From assembly GCA_964389015.1 (NCBI GenBank), contig CAYMCR010000001.1, positions 86,040 to 150,039 of the forward strand: a DNA stretch of 64,000 nucleotides, in the 5' to 3' direction. Below, piece after piece: positions 51,965 to 61,377 of this stretch. Origin of the DNA: an uncultured Fibrobacteraceae bacterium. Its GTDB lineage: Bacteria; Krumholzibacteriota; Krumholzibacteriia; LZORAL124-64-63. The translations under genes and the position numbers were made by a program. Within the stretch, counting starts at the first letter, position 1, and each line of letters begins with the position of its first letter. The notes below the pieces were generated by a model. The model searched no databases. It had not been told where the DNA came from and worked only from the letters and a program-made list of their open reading frames with translations.

Positions 51965-53215
51965 TCAAGTGTAGCGAATGATGTCCATGGGCCGCAGACG
52001 GGCCGCTTCCGCGCTCGGCAGGAGCGTCGCCAGCAACGTGATGCCCAGGGCCACCGCCCCCACCAGCAGAAAGTCCGAGGCCTGAGCCACGACCGGAACG
52101 TGATCCACGAAATACACGTCGCCCGGCACGGAAATACCCACGCGATCCAGGTACAGATAGCCCAGGTAACCCAGCAGGCTCCCGAGCGCCGTGCCGACCG
52201 CGCCCACGCACAGGCCGTCCAGCACGAAGATGCCCTCGATCTGGCGCTTGCGGGCGCCCATCGAGAGCATGATGCCGATCTCGCGCCGCCGTTCGCCGAC
52301 CATCATGGTGAGGATGCCCACGATATTGAAGGCGGCGACCAGGATGACCAGTCCCAGCAGGAGGAACATCAGGATCTTCTCGATGCTCACCCACTGGAAG
52401 AGGTTGCGATTGAGGTCTATCCAGTCGTTGCAATGGAAGGCGAAGGGGCCGAGGGCGGTCTCGATGGCGTCCGCCACCTGGGGTGCGCGCATCATGTCGG
52501 CCACCCTGACGCCGATGCCGGTGGCGCCCTGGGGAGCGTAGCCGAAGAAGTCGCGCGCCGTCGCCAAGGGCATGTACACGAACCGGGCGTCAAAATCGTA
52601 GAGACCGGTGTCCAGGAAGCCGGCCACGACGAAGCGTCGGCTTTCCGCCTCCATCTGTTGCAGATCCAGTTCGCCGCTGGGCGCGGTGATGGTCACGGTG
52701 TCGCCCAAACCCGCGTACAGCGAGGCGGCGAGTTCCGCACCGAGCACGATACCGGGGAAGGCGCCCTCCCCGCGCAGCGCCGCCAGCGAGCCATCGCGCG
52801 GATGGATCAGGTGCGAGAGCGGCGTGACCGATTCCTGCAGGTCGGGATCGACACCCCAGACGACGCCGGCACGGTGCTGCTTCTGCACGGCGCGCCCGCG
52901 CGACGTCACCACGACCTCCTGGCGCACGAACGGAGCGACGCCGATGACCTCGGGAACCTGACCGATGCTGTCGACAGTCTCGCCGAGACGGATGAATCCC
53001 GCGGGTTTGCTGGTCACGACCGTGACCATGGGCATGTTCTCGATGAAGGTCCGGCGTAGTTCGGCGTGCAGGCCGTTCATGATGGCCAGGGTGAGGTCCA
53101 GGACCATGACGCCGAGCGTGATGCCGGCGACGGCGGTCACGGTCACGCGGTTGACCAGGCGGGAACCGCCCCGGTTGCGCAGGTAGCGTCCGGCGATGTA
53201 TGCCGCGAAGCGCAT
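51965..53215 (-). CDS. lolE: Lipoprotein-releasing system permease LolC/E (FtsX family)
   Basis: 416 aa, 4 TM, large periplasmic loop between TM1 and TM2. C-terminal FtsX domain MDIIRYT. Confidence 0.75.
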   Translation of the reverse strand: MRFAAYIAGRYLRNRGGSRLVNRVTVTAVAGITLGVMVLDLTLAIMNGLHAELRRTFIENMPMVTVVTSKPAGFIRLGETVDSIGQVPEVIGVAPFVRQEVVVTSRGRAVQKQHRAGVVWGVDPDLQESVTPLSHLIHPRDGSLAALRGEGAFPGIVLGAELAASLYAGLGDTVTITAPSGELDLQQMEAESRRFVVAGFLDTGLYDFDARFVYMPLATARDFFGYAPQGATGIGVRVADMMRAPQVADAIETALGPFAFHCNDWIDLNRNLFQWVSIEKILMFLLLGLVILVAAFNIVGILTMMVGERRREIGIMLSMGARKRQIEGIFVLDGLCVGAVGTALGSLLGYLGYLYLDRVGISVPGDVYFVDHVPVVAQASDFLLVGAVALGITLLATLLPSAEAARLRPMDIIRYT

Positions 53216-53241
53216 GTCTTCTCCGGCGGCCGTGCGGGCCG

Positions 53242-54720
53242 CTAGCCTTCGGGACGCAGGGCCGGGAACAGCACCACGTCACGGATGGAATGGCAATCCG
53301 TCAGCAGCATGACGATACGGTCCAGCCCGACGCCGAGCCCGCCCGTCGGCGGCAGGCCGGTCTCCAGGGCCTCCAGATAATCCTCGTCCAGAACCTGGGC
53401 CTCGTCGTCGCCCTTGGCCTTCAGATCCATCTGCATCTCGAAGCGGCGACGCTGATCGCGGGGATCGTTGAGCTCCGAGAAGGCGTTGCAGATCTCGAAA
53501 CCGGCCACGAAGGCCTCGAAGCGCTCGACCAGCTCGGGGTCGTCGCGGTTACGCTTGGCCAGGGGCGAGAGCTCCAGCGGATGGTCGACGACGAACGTGG
53601 GCTGGATGAGTTCGGGCTCCACCAGCGCGCTGAAGAGTTCGTCGAGGATCTTGTCGGTCCCCATGCCCGGCTTCACCTCGACAGCGTGTTCGGCCGCCAC
53701 CTTTGCGACGGCGTCCCGGTCCAGGCCACGGAAATCGACACCCGTCTTCTCGCGCAGACCCTCCAGGAAGGGCAGCCGCCGGAAACCGTTGCTGAAGTCG
53801 ATGACGTGCTCGCCGTAGGTCACGCGGCCGTCGGTCGCGAACTTCGCCACGAGCCTCAGCAGCAACCGCTCGAAGAGGTCCATCACCTGGGTATAGTCCC
53901 AGTAGGCGGCGTAGCACTCCATCATCGTGAATTCGGGATTGTGGGTGCGGTCCATGCCCTCGTTGCGGAAGTCCTTGCAGAACTCGAAGACCTTCTCGAA
54001 ACCGCCCACGATCAGTCGCTTGAGGTAGAGCTCATCGGCGATGCGCAGGTAGAGCGTTTGGTCCAGGGCGTGGTGGTGCGTCTTGAAGGGACGGGCCGTT
54101 GCGCCGCCGTAGAGCGGTTGCAGCACCGGCGTTTCGACCTCCAGGAAGTCCTCGGCCACGAGGAAGTCCCGCACCTCCGCCAGGATCGCCGAGCGGCGTC
54201 GGAAGCGCTCGCGCGTCTCCAGATTCATGATCAGGTCGAGGTAGCGCTTGCGGCTCTTGAGTTCGAGGCTCATGTCGTGCCACTTCTCGGGCAGGGGGCG
54301 CAGGGCCTTGGTCAGCAGCTCCCAGCTCGACACCTTTACCGTCAGCTCACCCGTCTTGGTTCGGAAGAGGGTCCCCGCCACGCCGATGATGTCGCCCACG
54401 TCGAGATTCTTCTTGAAGACGGCGAAGTCGTCCTCGCCCAGATCGTCGCGGCGGGCATAGATCTGGATCTTGCCCGGCCCGTCGTACAAGGGCAGGAAGA
54501 TCGTCTTGCCGGCCTTGCGCTTGGCCATGATCCGACCGGCGATGCGCACGACCGTCTCGTCGGCCGTCAGTTCGGCCTCCGCGGCGTGCAGTTCGGCACT
54601 GGTGTGCGTGCGCGCGAAGGCATGGGGATAAAGCGGGCCGCGTTCGGCGAGGACCTCCATCTTGGCGAGGCGCTCCTCGATCAGGCGGTGCCGCTGTCGG
54701 TCGTTGTCGTTCCCGGACAC
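53242..54720 (-). CDS. lysS: Lysyl-tRNA synthetase (class II)
   Basis: N-terminal OB anticodon-binding domain, class II motifs. 492 aa. C-terminus GLGVGLDRIVMLLTDCHSIRDVVLFPALRPE. Confidence 0.9.
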   Translation of the reverse strand: MSGNDNDRQRHRLIEERLAKMEVLAERGPLYPHAFARTHTSAELHAAEAELTADETVVRIAGRIMAKRKAGKTIFLPLYDGPGKIQIYARRDDLGEDDFAVFKKNLDVGDIIGVAGTLFRTKTGELTVKVSSWELLTKALRPLPEKWHDMSLELKSRKRYLDLIMNLETRERFRRRSAILAEVRDFLVAEDFLEVETPVLQPLYGGATARPFKTHHHALDQTLYLRIADELYLKRLIVGGFEKVFEFCKDFRNEGMDRTHNPEFTMMECYAAYWDYTQVMDLFERLLLRLVAKFATDGRVTYGEHVIDFSNGFRRLPFLEGLREKTGVDFRGLDRDAVAKVAAEHAVEVKPGMGTDKILDELFSALVEPELIQPTFVVDHPLELSPLAKRNRDDPELVERFEAFVAGFEICNAFSELNDPRDQRRRFEMQMDLKAKGDDEAQVLDEDYLEALETGLPPTGGLGVGLDRIVMLLTDCHSIRDVVLFPALRPEG

Positions 54721-54740
54721 GGAGTCTCCTTTGACGATCT

Positions 54741-55848
54741 CTACTCTTGCGCCGCCTGGCTCGTCTTGTGCAGGTAGGCGTCGATGAACGCCTCCAGCTC
54801 GCCGTCGAGCACGGCGGAGATGTTGCCGGTCTCGAGATCGGTACGGTGGTCCTTGACCTTCGTGTAGGGGTGCAGCACATAAGAACGGATCTGGCTGCCC
54901 CAGGCGATCTCCATCTTGTTATCCTCGATCTCCTGCCGCTTCTTCTTCTCGTCCTCGATCAGCTGGAGGTACAGCTTGGCGCGCAGCATCTTCAGGGCGC
55001 TCTCGCGGTTGCGCAGCTGCGAGCGCTCGCTCTGGCACTGGACCACCAGACCCGTCGGCTCGTGGGTCAGACGGACCGCGCTGTCGGTCTTGTTGACGTG
55101 CTGGCCGCCGGCGCCACTGGCGCGGTAGGTGTCCATGCGGATGTCGGCCTCGTTGATTTCGAGCTCCACGTCGTCATCGACCAGGGGGAACACGAAGACC
55201 GAGGCGAAGGACGTGTGTCGCCTTTTCTGGGCGTCGAAGGGCGAGATGCGCACGAGGCGATGCACGCCAGACTCGCTCTTGAGGTAACCGTAGCCGAAGT
55301 CGTGCTTCACCTCGATGATGGCGCTCTTGATGCCGGCCTCTTCCCCACCCTGCAGATCGAGCATGTTGTGGGTCATGTTGTTGCGATCGAGGTAGCGCTT
55401 GTACATGCGCAACAGCATCTCGGCCCAGTCCTGCGATTCCGTGCCGCCCGCGCCGGGGTGGATTTCGAGCAGCGCGCCGCGCGCGTCGTCGGGACCGCTC
55501 AGCAGGAACTGGGATTCGAGACGGTCGAGGGCACGGCCGAGATCGGACACGCCTGTCACCACTTCCGCGGCGGTCTCGGGATCGTCCTCCTCACCGGCCA
55601 GCTCGGCCAGGACATCGAGGTCTTCGCAGGCCTGGTCGGCGTCCGCGACGGGATCCAGCCAGCGCTTGAGCCGGCGGACGCGCCCCAGGATCTGCGCGGC
55701 CGCTTCGCGGTCGTCCCAGAAGCCGGGCTCGACCTGCCGCGCCATCAGACCGGCATGCTCCGCGTTCAGGGTAGGCAGGTCAAAGACCCTCCTTCAAGCG
55801 AGTCAGGCGAGCCTTCAAATCGACAAGTGTTTCGAGATGTTCCTTCAT
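54741..55848 (-). CDS. prfB: Peptide chain release factor 2 with programmed +1 frameshift (two-segment CDS)
   Basis: Frame 0 reads MKEHLETLVDLKARLTRLKEGL then TGA within AGGAGGGTCTTTGAC. The +1 frame continues DLPTLNAEHAGLMARQVEP... to GGQ and SPFDAQKRRHTS. RBS GGGAGG. Confidence 0.8.
55780..55793 (-). promoter_or_regulatory. RF2 autoregulatory +1 frameshift site (SD-like AGGAGGG + CUU UGA C)
   Basis: Minus strand AGGAGGG-T-CTT-TGA-C, identical in logic to the E. coli prfB AGGGGG-TAT-CTT-TGA-C site. Confidence 0.7.
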
Positions 55849-55849
55849 A

Positions 55850-56482
55850 TCAACCTCCCGGGGAATCCCCGTGTATGTATGTCTCGTGGATCGCGGCGAC
55901 TGCCCGCCGCAACTCGTCCTCGGTGCCGGTATTGTCGAGCACCACGTCGGCGCCGGCGAACTCCGCCATCATGCTCTCCTGGGCGGCGATCCGCGCCAGG
56001 GCCTCTTCGCCGTCCAGGCGACCGGAGCGAACGAGCCGGTCCGCGCGCAAAACGGTCGGCGCCGTGACCGCGATCACCAGATCGACCGGGCCGAAGGACG
56101 GTAGCAGAAAGTACACGGCCGCCTCGACGACTGCAAGGCCCGGCTGGTCGGCCGTGCGCTCCAGCTCGTCCAGGCGGGCGGCGAGACGCGCGCTGAGCCT
56201 GGGGTGTGTGATCCGGTTCAAGCGGGTCAGGGCGCTCCGGTCGGCGAAGACGATGTCGGCCAGGGCACCCCGCCGGACGTCATCGCCGTCGAGGCAGGGC
56301 GCGCCGAAGTCCGCGGCGATCTCCGCCACGACCGCCGGCTCGCGCAACACGGCATGACCTTCGGCGTCGGCATCGACGATACTGGCGCCCAGTCCGGCCA
56401 GGGTCGACGTGACGAGGCTCTTGCCGGCGCCGACGGGGCCGGTGACGACCCATCTTTGCAACCTGCGGGCACCGTCAGCCAT
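55850..56482 (-). CDS. coaE: Dephospho-CoA kinase
   Basis: P-loop VVTGPVGAGKSLV. About 210 aa. The prfB RBS lies inside its 3' end. Confidence 0.75.
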   Translation of the reverse strand: MADGARRLQRWVVTGPVGAGKSLVTSTLAGLGASIVDADAEGHAVLREPAVVAEIAADFGAPCLDGDDVRRGALADIVFADRSALTRLNRITHPRLSARLAARLDELERTADQPGLAVVEAAVYFLLPSFGPVDLVIAVTAPTVLRADRLVRSGRLDGEEALARIAAQESMMAEFAGADVVLDNTGTEDELRRAVAAIHETYIHGDSPGG

Positions 56483-59243
56483 GGGCTTCCGCCCAGTCGG
56501 CGCCCACGTGCACGTCAACCACCAGCGGCACGTCGAGCTCGCAGACACCGGTCATGGCGTCAAGGACGAGCTCCGTCACACGTGCGATCTCCGCGGCAGG
56601 AGCCTCCAACAGCAACTCGTCGTGCACCTGGAGCAGCAGCATCGACGCCAGTCCCGCGTCGATTAGCCGCTGCTCGACTTCCAGCATCGCCAGCTTGATC
56701 AGATCGGCCGCGCTGCCCTGGATGGGTGTGTTGACGGCGACACGCTCCTGGAAGCTGCGGACGCGGTTATCCTCCGCCATGATCCCGGGCAAGGCGCGTC
56801 GGCGCCCGAACATGGTCTCGGTCACACCCGTCGCGCGGGCCTTGTCCTGGCAGTCGGCGATGTACGCCTTGACGCCGGGATAGGTGCGGAAATAGCCGTC
56901 GATGAAATCGGCGGCCTCGCGCGTCTTGATGCCGAGCTGACGGGCCAACGCCCGGGCGCCCATGCCGTAGATGACGCCGAAGTTGATGGCCTTGGCGCGG
57001 CTGCGTAGTTCGCTGGTGACCGCGTCCTCAGCGAGATCTCCCACCAGGGCGGCGGTGCGCCGGTGCACGTCCCCGCCCGCGCGGAAGGTCTCGATCAGCG
57101 TCTCGTCCCCGGACAGGTGCGCCAGCAACCGCAGCTCGATCTGGGAATAATCCGCCGAGACGAAGACCGCGCCCGGGGCGCGGGGCACGAAGGCCCGGCG
57201 AATCTGGCGTCCCCGTGCGGAGCGGACCGGGATGTTCTGCAGATTGGGATCCGACGACGACAGCCGGCCGGTGGCGGTCACCGCCTGGTTGAAGGACGTA
57301 TGGATCAGGCCGCTGCCGGGGTTGACCAACTCCATCAAGCTGTCTACGTATGTCCCTAGTAGTTTTGCGAGTTGCCTATGTTCGAGCACCAATCCAGGCA
57401 AGGGGTGCTTCTCGGCCAGGGCGCTGAGGACGGACACATCGGTGCTCCAGCCGGATGACGTCTTCTTGAGCGGTTTCAGCCCGAGATCATCGAAGAGGAC
57501 CGTCGCCAGCTGCTGGGGGCTCTGGACGTTGAATTCCCTGCCCGCCGTCTCGTGGATCTGCTTTACGAGAGCCGCCAATTCGCTGCGGAACGTCTCCCCG
57601 AGCTCGGTGAGAAACGGCAGGTCCAGGGCGATTCCGCGCTTTTCCATGGCGTAGAGCACCGCCGTCAGGGGCGTCTCCATGGTTTCGAACAGCTCCGCCA
57701 GGGCCGGATGGTCGGCGAGTTCCGTCACGAACTTTTCGTGGAGCCGTTGGGTCACGTCGGCATCCTCGGCGGCATAGACAGCCAGTCTTTCCAGCGGGAC
57801 GGACAGGATGTCTTTGGCGCGATCCCCTGTCCCGAAGAGCTCGCCGTAGGAAATCACCTCCAGATCCAGGGTGTCGCGGGCCAGCTCGTCGAGGCCGAAG
57901 CGCTGACGTCCCGGATCCAGGACGTAGGCGGCCACCATCGTGTCGAAGACCTTGCCGCCCAGCGGCAGTCCGTGCCGGGCCAGGATCCAGCGGTCGAACT
58001 TGAGGTTCTGGCCCACCAGCAGGCGGTCCGGGTCCGCGAGGACCGGTGCCAGCGCGGGCCTGATCCAGTCCAGGTTGTCGGTGGCGTCGCCTGGGAAGAG
58101 ATCACCCTGGACCGGATCGCTGCGCACGAGAGCCGGAAGGTAGACGCCCTCTCCCTGCCGGGCACAGAGCGAGATGCCGACAAGGCGCGCCATGTCAGGA
58201 CGCAGACCGTCCGTTTCCGTGTCCACGGCCAGAGGGGCGCCCGCCGGCAGGGAGTCCAGATACGCGGTCAGTTCGGACGCGTCGCCGAGCAGGCGATACC
58301 CGCGGGCTTGCAGGTCCCAGCGGCCGTCCGCGGCCGCCGCCGCCTCGCCTTCGCCGCCTCCCCCTTCACCGTCCCGCTCAGCGAGCCGATCGATCAGCGC
58401 CAGGATCTGGACCAGGCCGAGCTCCGCGAGCAGCTCGCGCACCGCGGGGCTCGTCGGCAACCTGGTGCGCAGGGCGGGCCAGTCGACAGCCACGGGCACG
58501 GCAGCGTCGATCTGGAAGAGATCACGCGACAGGTAGACCTGCTCCTTGTTCTCGCTCAGGACGCGCTTGAGGCGCGGCGTGAGCTGCGCCGCTTCCAGAA
58601 CCTCGTATAGGTCATCCAGCGAACCGTATTCCTTGATCAGTTTCCTGGCCGTCTTGATCCCCACGCCCGGCGCCCCGGGGATGTTGTCGCTGCTATCGCC
58701 GGAGAGCGCGAAGACGTCGATCAACGCAGCCGGTTCCAGACCGTATTCACGCCGCACGTCGTCGGCCGTGAATTCCTTCACCTCGCTGTTGCGGCGTCCC
58801 GGCTTCAGCATGGCCGTACGCTCATCCAGCAACTGCATGAAATCCTTGTCGCCCGTGTAGAACCAGACCTCGTCACTGATCTCGCCCGACGTGCGAGCGA
58901 GCGTGGCCATGATATCGTCCGCCTCGAAGCCGGCGCGGGAAAGGACCGGCACGCCCCACGCGGCGAGCAACTCGTGCAAGCGGGGCAACTGGGCTGCCAG
59001 GTCCTCGGGCATGGGTTTGCGGTTCGCCTTGTAGTCCGGGTACATCTCGTGACGGAAGACCTTCCCCTTCACGTCGAAGACGATCGCTAGGTACTCGGGC
59101 TTCCGCGCGGCGATCAAACGCAGGAGGCTGTTGAAGAAGCCGAAGGCCACCGACGTGAGTTCGCCGCTCGCTGAGGTCAACGGTCTCTTGATGAAAGCGT
59201 AATGGGCGCGATAGAAGAGCGCTGAACCGTCCACGATGATCAT
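56475..59243 (-). CDS. polA: DNA polymerase I
   Basis: N-terminal 5'-3' exonuclease (MIIVDGSALFYRAHYAF...). 3'-5' exo and pol domains (RRAFVPRAPGAVFVSADYSQIELR; QVHDELLLE). 922 aa. Confidence 0.9.
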   Translation of the reverse strand: MIIVDGSALFYRAHYAFIKRPLTSASGELTSVAFGFFNSLLRLIAARKPEYLAIVFDVKGKVFRHEMYPDYKANRKPMPEDLAAQLPRLHELLAAWGVPVLSRAGFEADDIMATLARTSGEISDEVWFYTGDKDFMQLLDERTAMLKPGRRNSEVKEFTADDVRREYGLEPAALIDVFALSGDSSDNIPGAPGVGIKTARKLIKEYGSLDDLYEVLEAAQLTPRLKRVLSENKEQVYLSRDLFQIDAAVPVAVDWPALRTRLPTSPAVRELLAELGLVQILALIDRLAERDGEGGGGEGEAAAAADGRWDLQARGYRLLGDASELTAYLDSLPAGAPLAVDTETDGLRPDMARLVGISLCARQGEGVYLPALVRSDPVQGDLFPGDATDNLDWIRPALAPVLADPDRLLVGQNLKFDRWILARHGLPLGGKVFDTMVAAYVLDPGRQRFGLDELARDTLDLEVISYGELFGTGDRAKDILSVPLERLAVYAAEDADVTQRLHEKFVTELADHPALAELFETMETPLTAVLYAMEKRGIALDLPFLTELGETFRSELAALVKQIHETAGREFNVQSPQQLATVLFDDLGLKPLKKTSSGWSTDVSVLSALAEKHPLPGLVLEHRQLAKLLGTYVDSLMELVNPGSGLIHTSFNQAVTATGRLSSSDPNLQNIPVRSARGRQIRRAFVPRAPGAVFVSADYSQIELRLLAHLSGDETLIETFRAGGDVHRRTAALVGDLAEDAVTSELRSRAKAINFGVIYGMGARALARQLGIKTREAADFIDGYFRTYPGVKAYIADCQDKARATGVTETMFGRRRALPGIMAEDNRVRSFQERVAVNTPIQGSAADLIKLAMLEVEQRLIDAGLASMLLLQVHDELLLEAPAAEIARVTELVLDAMTGVCELDVPLVVDVHVGADWAEAHG

Positions 59244-59256
59244 CGACACGAGAGAA

Positions 59257-59856
59257 TCACCCCCTGTCGTCGTCCGCGCTAAGCGTGTATCCGTACAAAC
59301 CGTGCAGGCGGATGTAGTCAAGCACGGGTCCCGGCACCAGGTGCGCGACGGTCTCGCCGGCGGCGAGGCGACGGCGGAGTTCCGTGGACGAGACCTGCAC
59401 CAGGAAATCATCCAGCAGCGTTACGCGGGGCGGGAAGGACGCGGGATCCAGATCGATACGATCCCGCGGGAAGACCACCACTCGCGCCAGGTCCAGGATA
59501 TGGTCAGGGTCGCGCCAGGTGCGGAAGTCCCGCCACGCGTCGGCGCCCACGATCAGTAGCCATTCGTCGCCGGGATAGAGCCGGGACAGCTCCACGAGCG
59601 TCTCCACCGTATAGCTGGGACCGGTGCGGCGCAGCTCGAGGTCCAGCACGGAAACGTTTTCGTGACCGTTCGTGCCGAGCAGCGCCATGGCTTCGCGATG
59701 AGACCCGGTGGCACTGGCCGGCGGCTTTCCCGGCGAAATCCCCGCCGGCAGGATCATGATCTTTTCGCAGAGCCCGCGCACGCGCAATTCTCTTGCGACG
59801 GCGAAATGTCCGTTGTGGAACGGATCGAAGGAGCCGCCGAAGAGCGCCCGCTTCAT
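59257..59856 (-). CDS. nadD: Nicotinate-nucleotide adenylyltransferase
   Basis: LFGGSFDPFHNGH is the (H/T)xGH nucleotidyltransferase motif. 199 aa. Confidence 0.8.
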   Translation of the reverse strand: MKRALFGGSFDPFHNGHFAVARELRVRGLCEKIMILPAGISPGKPPASATGSHREAMALLGTNGHENVSVLDLELRRTGPSYTVETLVELSRLYPGDEWLLIVGADAWRDFRTWRDPDHILDLARVVVFPRDRIDLDPASFPPRVTLLDDFLVQVSSTELRRRLAAGETVAHLVPGPVLDYIRLHGLYGYTLSADDDRG

Positions 59857-60659
59857 GGTCCGCTCGCGGTGGGCAGTTCTGCCAGCAGGTCGGCTGCGCT
59901 CGCCGCCTCGCCGGTATGCGGGTATTCCGTCATGAGATCAGCGCAAAGCTCGCGCGCGGTGAGCGGGTCGTCCAGGTCCCGCGCCAGGTGCGCCCTGCGC
60001 AGCATGATGCCGCCACGCAGAGTGCTCAACGGTTCTTCCTCGATGAGCCGGTCCAGGGTGATGGCCATCGCTTCCCGCCGGCCCATCCGCTCGTAGACCG
60101 AGAGCTGGCTGAGACGCTTGCGGACGATGAGATCGCTGATCTCCACCAGGTACTGTCTCACCTCCGGCAGCCGGGGTGAGGTGGGATACGTGTCCAGGAA
60201 GGAGTCGAAGCGTAACCGCGCGTCATAGGCGGGCGTAACGTCGCGCTCGGTCCGGCCCACCTGCAGCAGATAGGCGCGGGCCTCCTCGAAGACGGCCTGT
60301 TCCACGAGCTCGCTGGTCGGGTATTCCTGGCGCAGGATCTGCAATTCGACGGTCGCCAGCGGATACTCCTTCTCGGCCATGTAGCTCTGGGCCTTCTCGA
60401 ATTGCGCCTGGGCCGCCAGGGAATCGGTCGGGCTGCGCCTGAGGAAGGCGGCATAGGCATCGACGGCTTCCCGGTGTTTTCCGTGTTCCCGATAGGCGGC
60501 CGCGCGTTCGTATGATCCCGGTGGGTACGGATTGTGGGCGCCGCAACCGGCCATGCCGGCCGCCAACAGCAGACTCGCCAATACACCTGGGAAAGCGAAG
60601 CGATGGGCTCTGGTTCTGAAAGACAAGACAAACCTCCGGCGCGCGGTATCCGTCGACAC
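59853..60659 (-). CDS. bamD: Outer membrane protein assembly factor BamD-like TPR lipoprotein
   Basis: Lipobox LLLAAGMAGCG followed by TPR-like helical repeats. 268 aa. Confidence 0.65.
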   Translation of the reverse strand: MSTDTARRRFVLSFRTRAHRFAFPGVLASLLLAAGMAGCGAHNPYPPGSYERAAAYREHGKHREAVDAYAAFLRRSPTDSLAAQAQFEKAQSYMAEKEYPLATVELQILRQEYPTSELVEQAVFEEARAYLLQVGRTERDVTPAYDARLRFDSFLDTYPTSPRLPEVRQYLVEISDLIVRKRLSQLSVYERMGRREAMAITLDRLIEEEPLSTLRGGIMLRRAHLARDLDDPLTARELCADLMTEYPHTGEAASAADLLAELPTASGP

Positions 60660-60664
60660 CGTGC

Positions 60665-61360
60665 TCAGTTGCCGGTGTTGGTGAAATAGATGGCCACGAG
60701 GCCCGTGAGGGCGCCGAGTACCACCAGCTCTTCCATGATCGTCCCGAGGCCGCTCTCGGCCGGCTCAGCCGTTGTGAACTCATAGGTGGGTTCGTCGACG
60801 AGCGCCATGTAACCAGAAGGCAGGCGATCCGTGAAACGTCTCTCCAGGCGCTCGTCCATGAGCAAGCGACCGCTGGCCAGTTCGACCACACTGATCAGCA
60901 CGCTGATCTCGATCTCGCGGTCGATCCACTGGCGCCACAAGCCGAACTTGCGTCCCACCTCGGGATAGCCCAGATCGCAGTCCTCGAAAAGGTACCGGAC
61001 CTCGAATTCGGCAGCCGCGGGCCTGACCGGATTTTCCGTCCCGTCCGTCGCGGATGCTTCGAGATAGGCCTCATGTCCCGACTCCACCAACATCGCGTAG
61101 AGCGCTGTCTCGAGCAAAGGCAACGCCTCGTGCTGACCCCTGGCTTTCAGGTAGACACGGCGTTCCCGGCCCGGCACGACGGCCACCGTTTCGCGGGCGA
61201 TATCCGTCAGCAACGCCTGAACCGTCCACAGGTTGGTGCGGATCGTATCCGCCGCCGCCGAGTCGAACGAGGGTGTCGACGCCGGCATGGCCGTCTCGTC
61301 GGCCGCAGCAACCAAGGGCAAAGTCGATAACAAGCAGACAAGAACGAGACTGGATCGCAT
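60665..61360 (-). CDS. Hypothetical exported protein with C-terminal membrane anchor
   Basis: Signal peptide MRSSLVLVCLLSTLPLVAAA. C-terminal hydrophobic helix LGTIMEELVVLGALTGLVAIYF. No recognisable catalytic motif. Confidence 0.4.
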   Translation of the reverse strand: MRSSLVLVCLLSTLPLVAAADETAMPASTPSFDSAAADTIRTNLWTVQALLTDIARETVAVVPGRERRVYLKARGQHEALPLLETALYAMLVESGHEAYLEASATDGTENPVRPAAAEFEVRYLFEDCDLGYPEVGRKFGLWRQWIDREIEISVLISVVELASGRLLMDERLERRFTDRLPSGYMALVDEPTYEFTTAEPAESGLGTIMEELVVLGALTGLVAIYFTNTGN

Positions 61361-61377
61361 CTCGGCTTCCTTTCTGG

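Noticed and set aside
54741-55848. Possibility that prfB is a pseudogene with an in-frame stop.
   Set aside because: The stop is the canonical CUU-UGA-C frameshift site with an upstream SD-like AGGAGGG. The +1 frame gives a full-length RF2.
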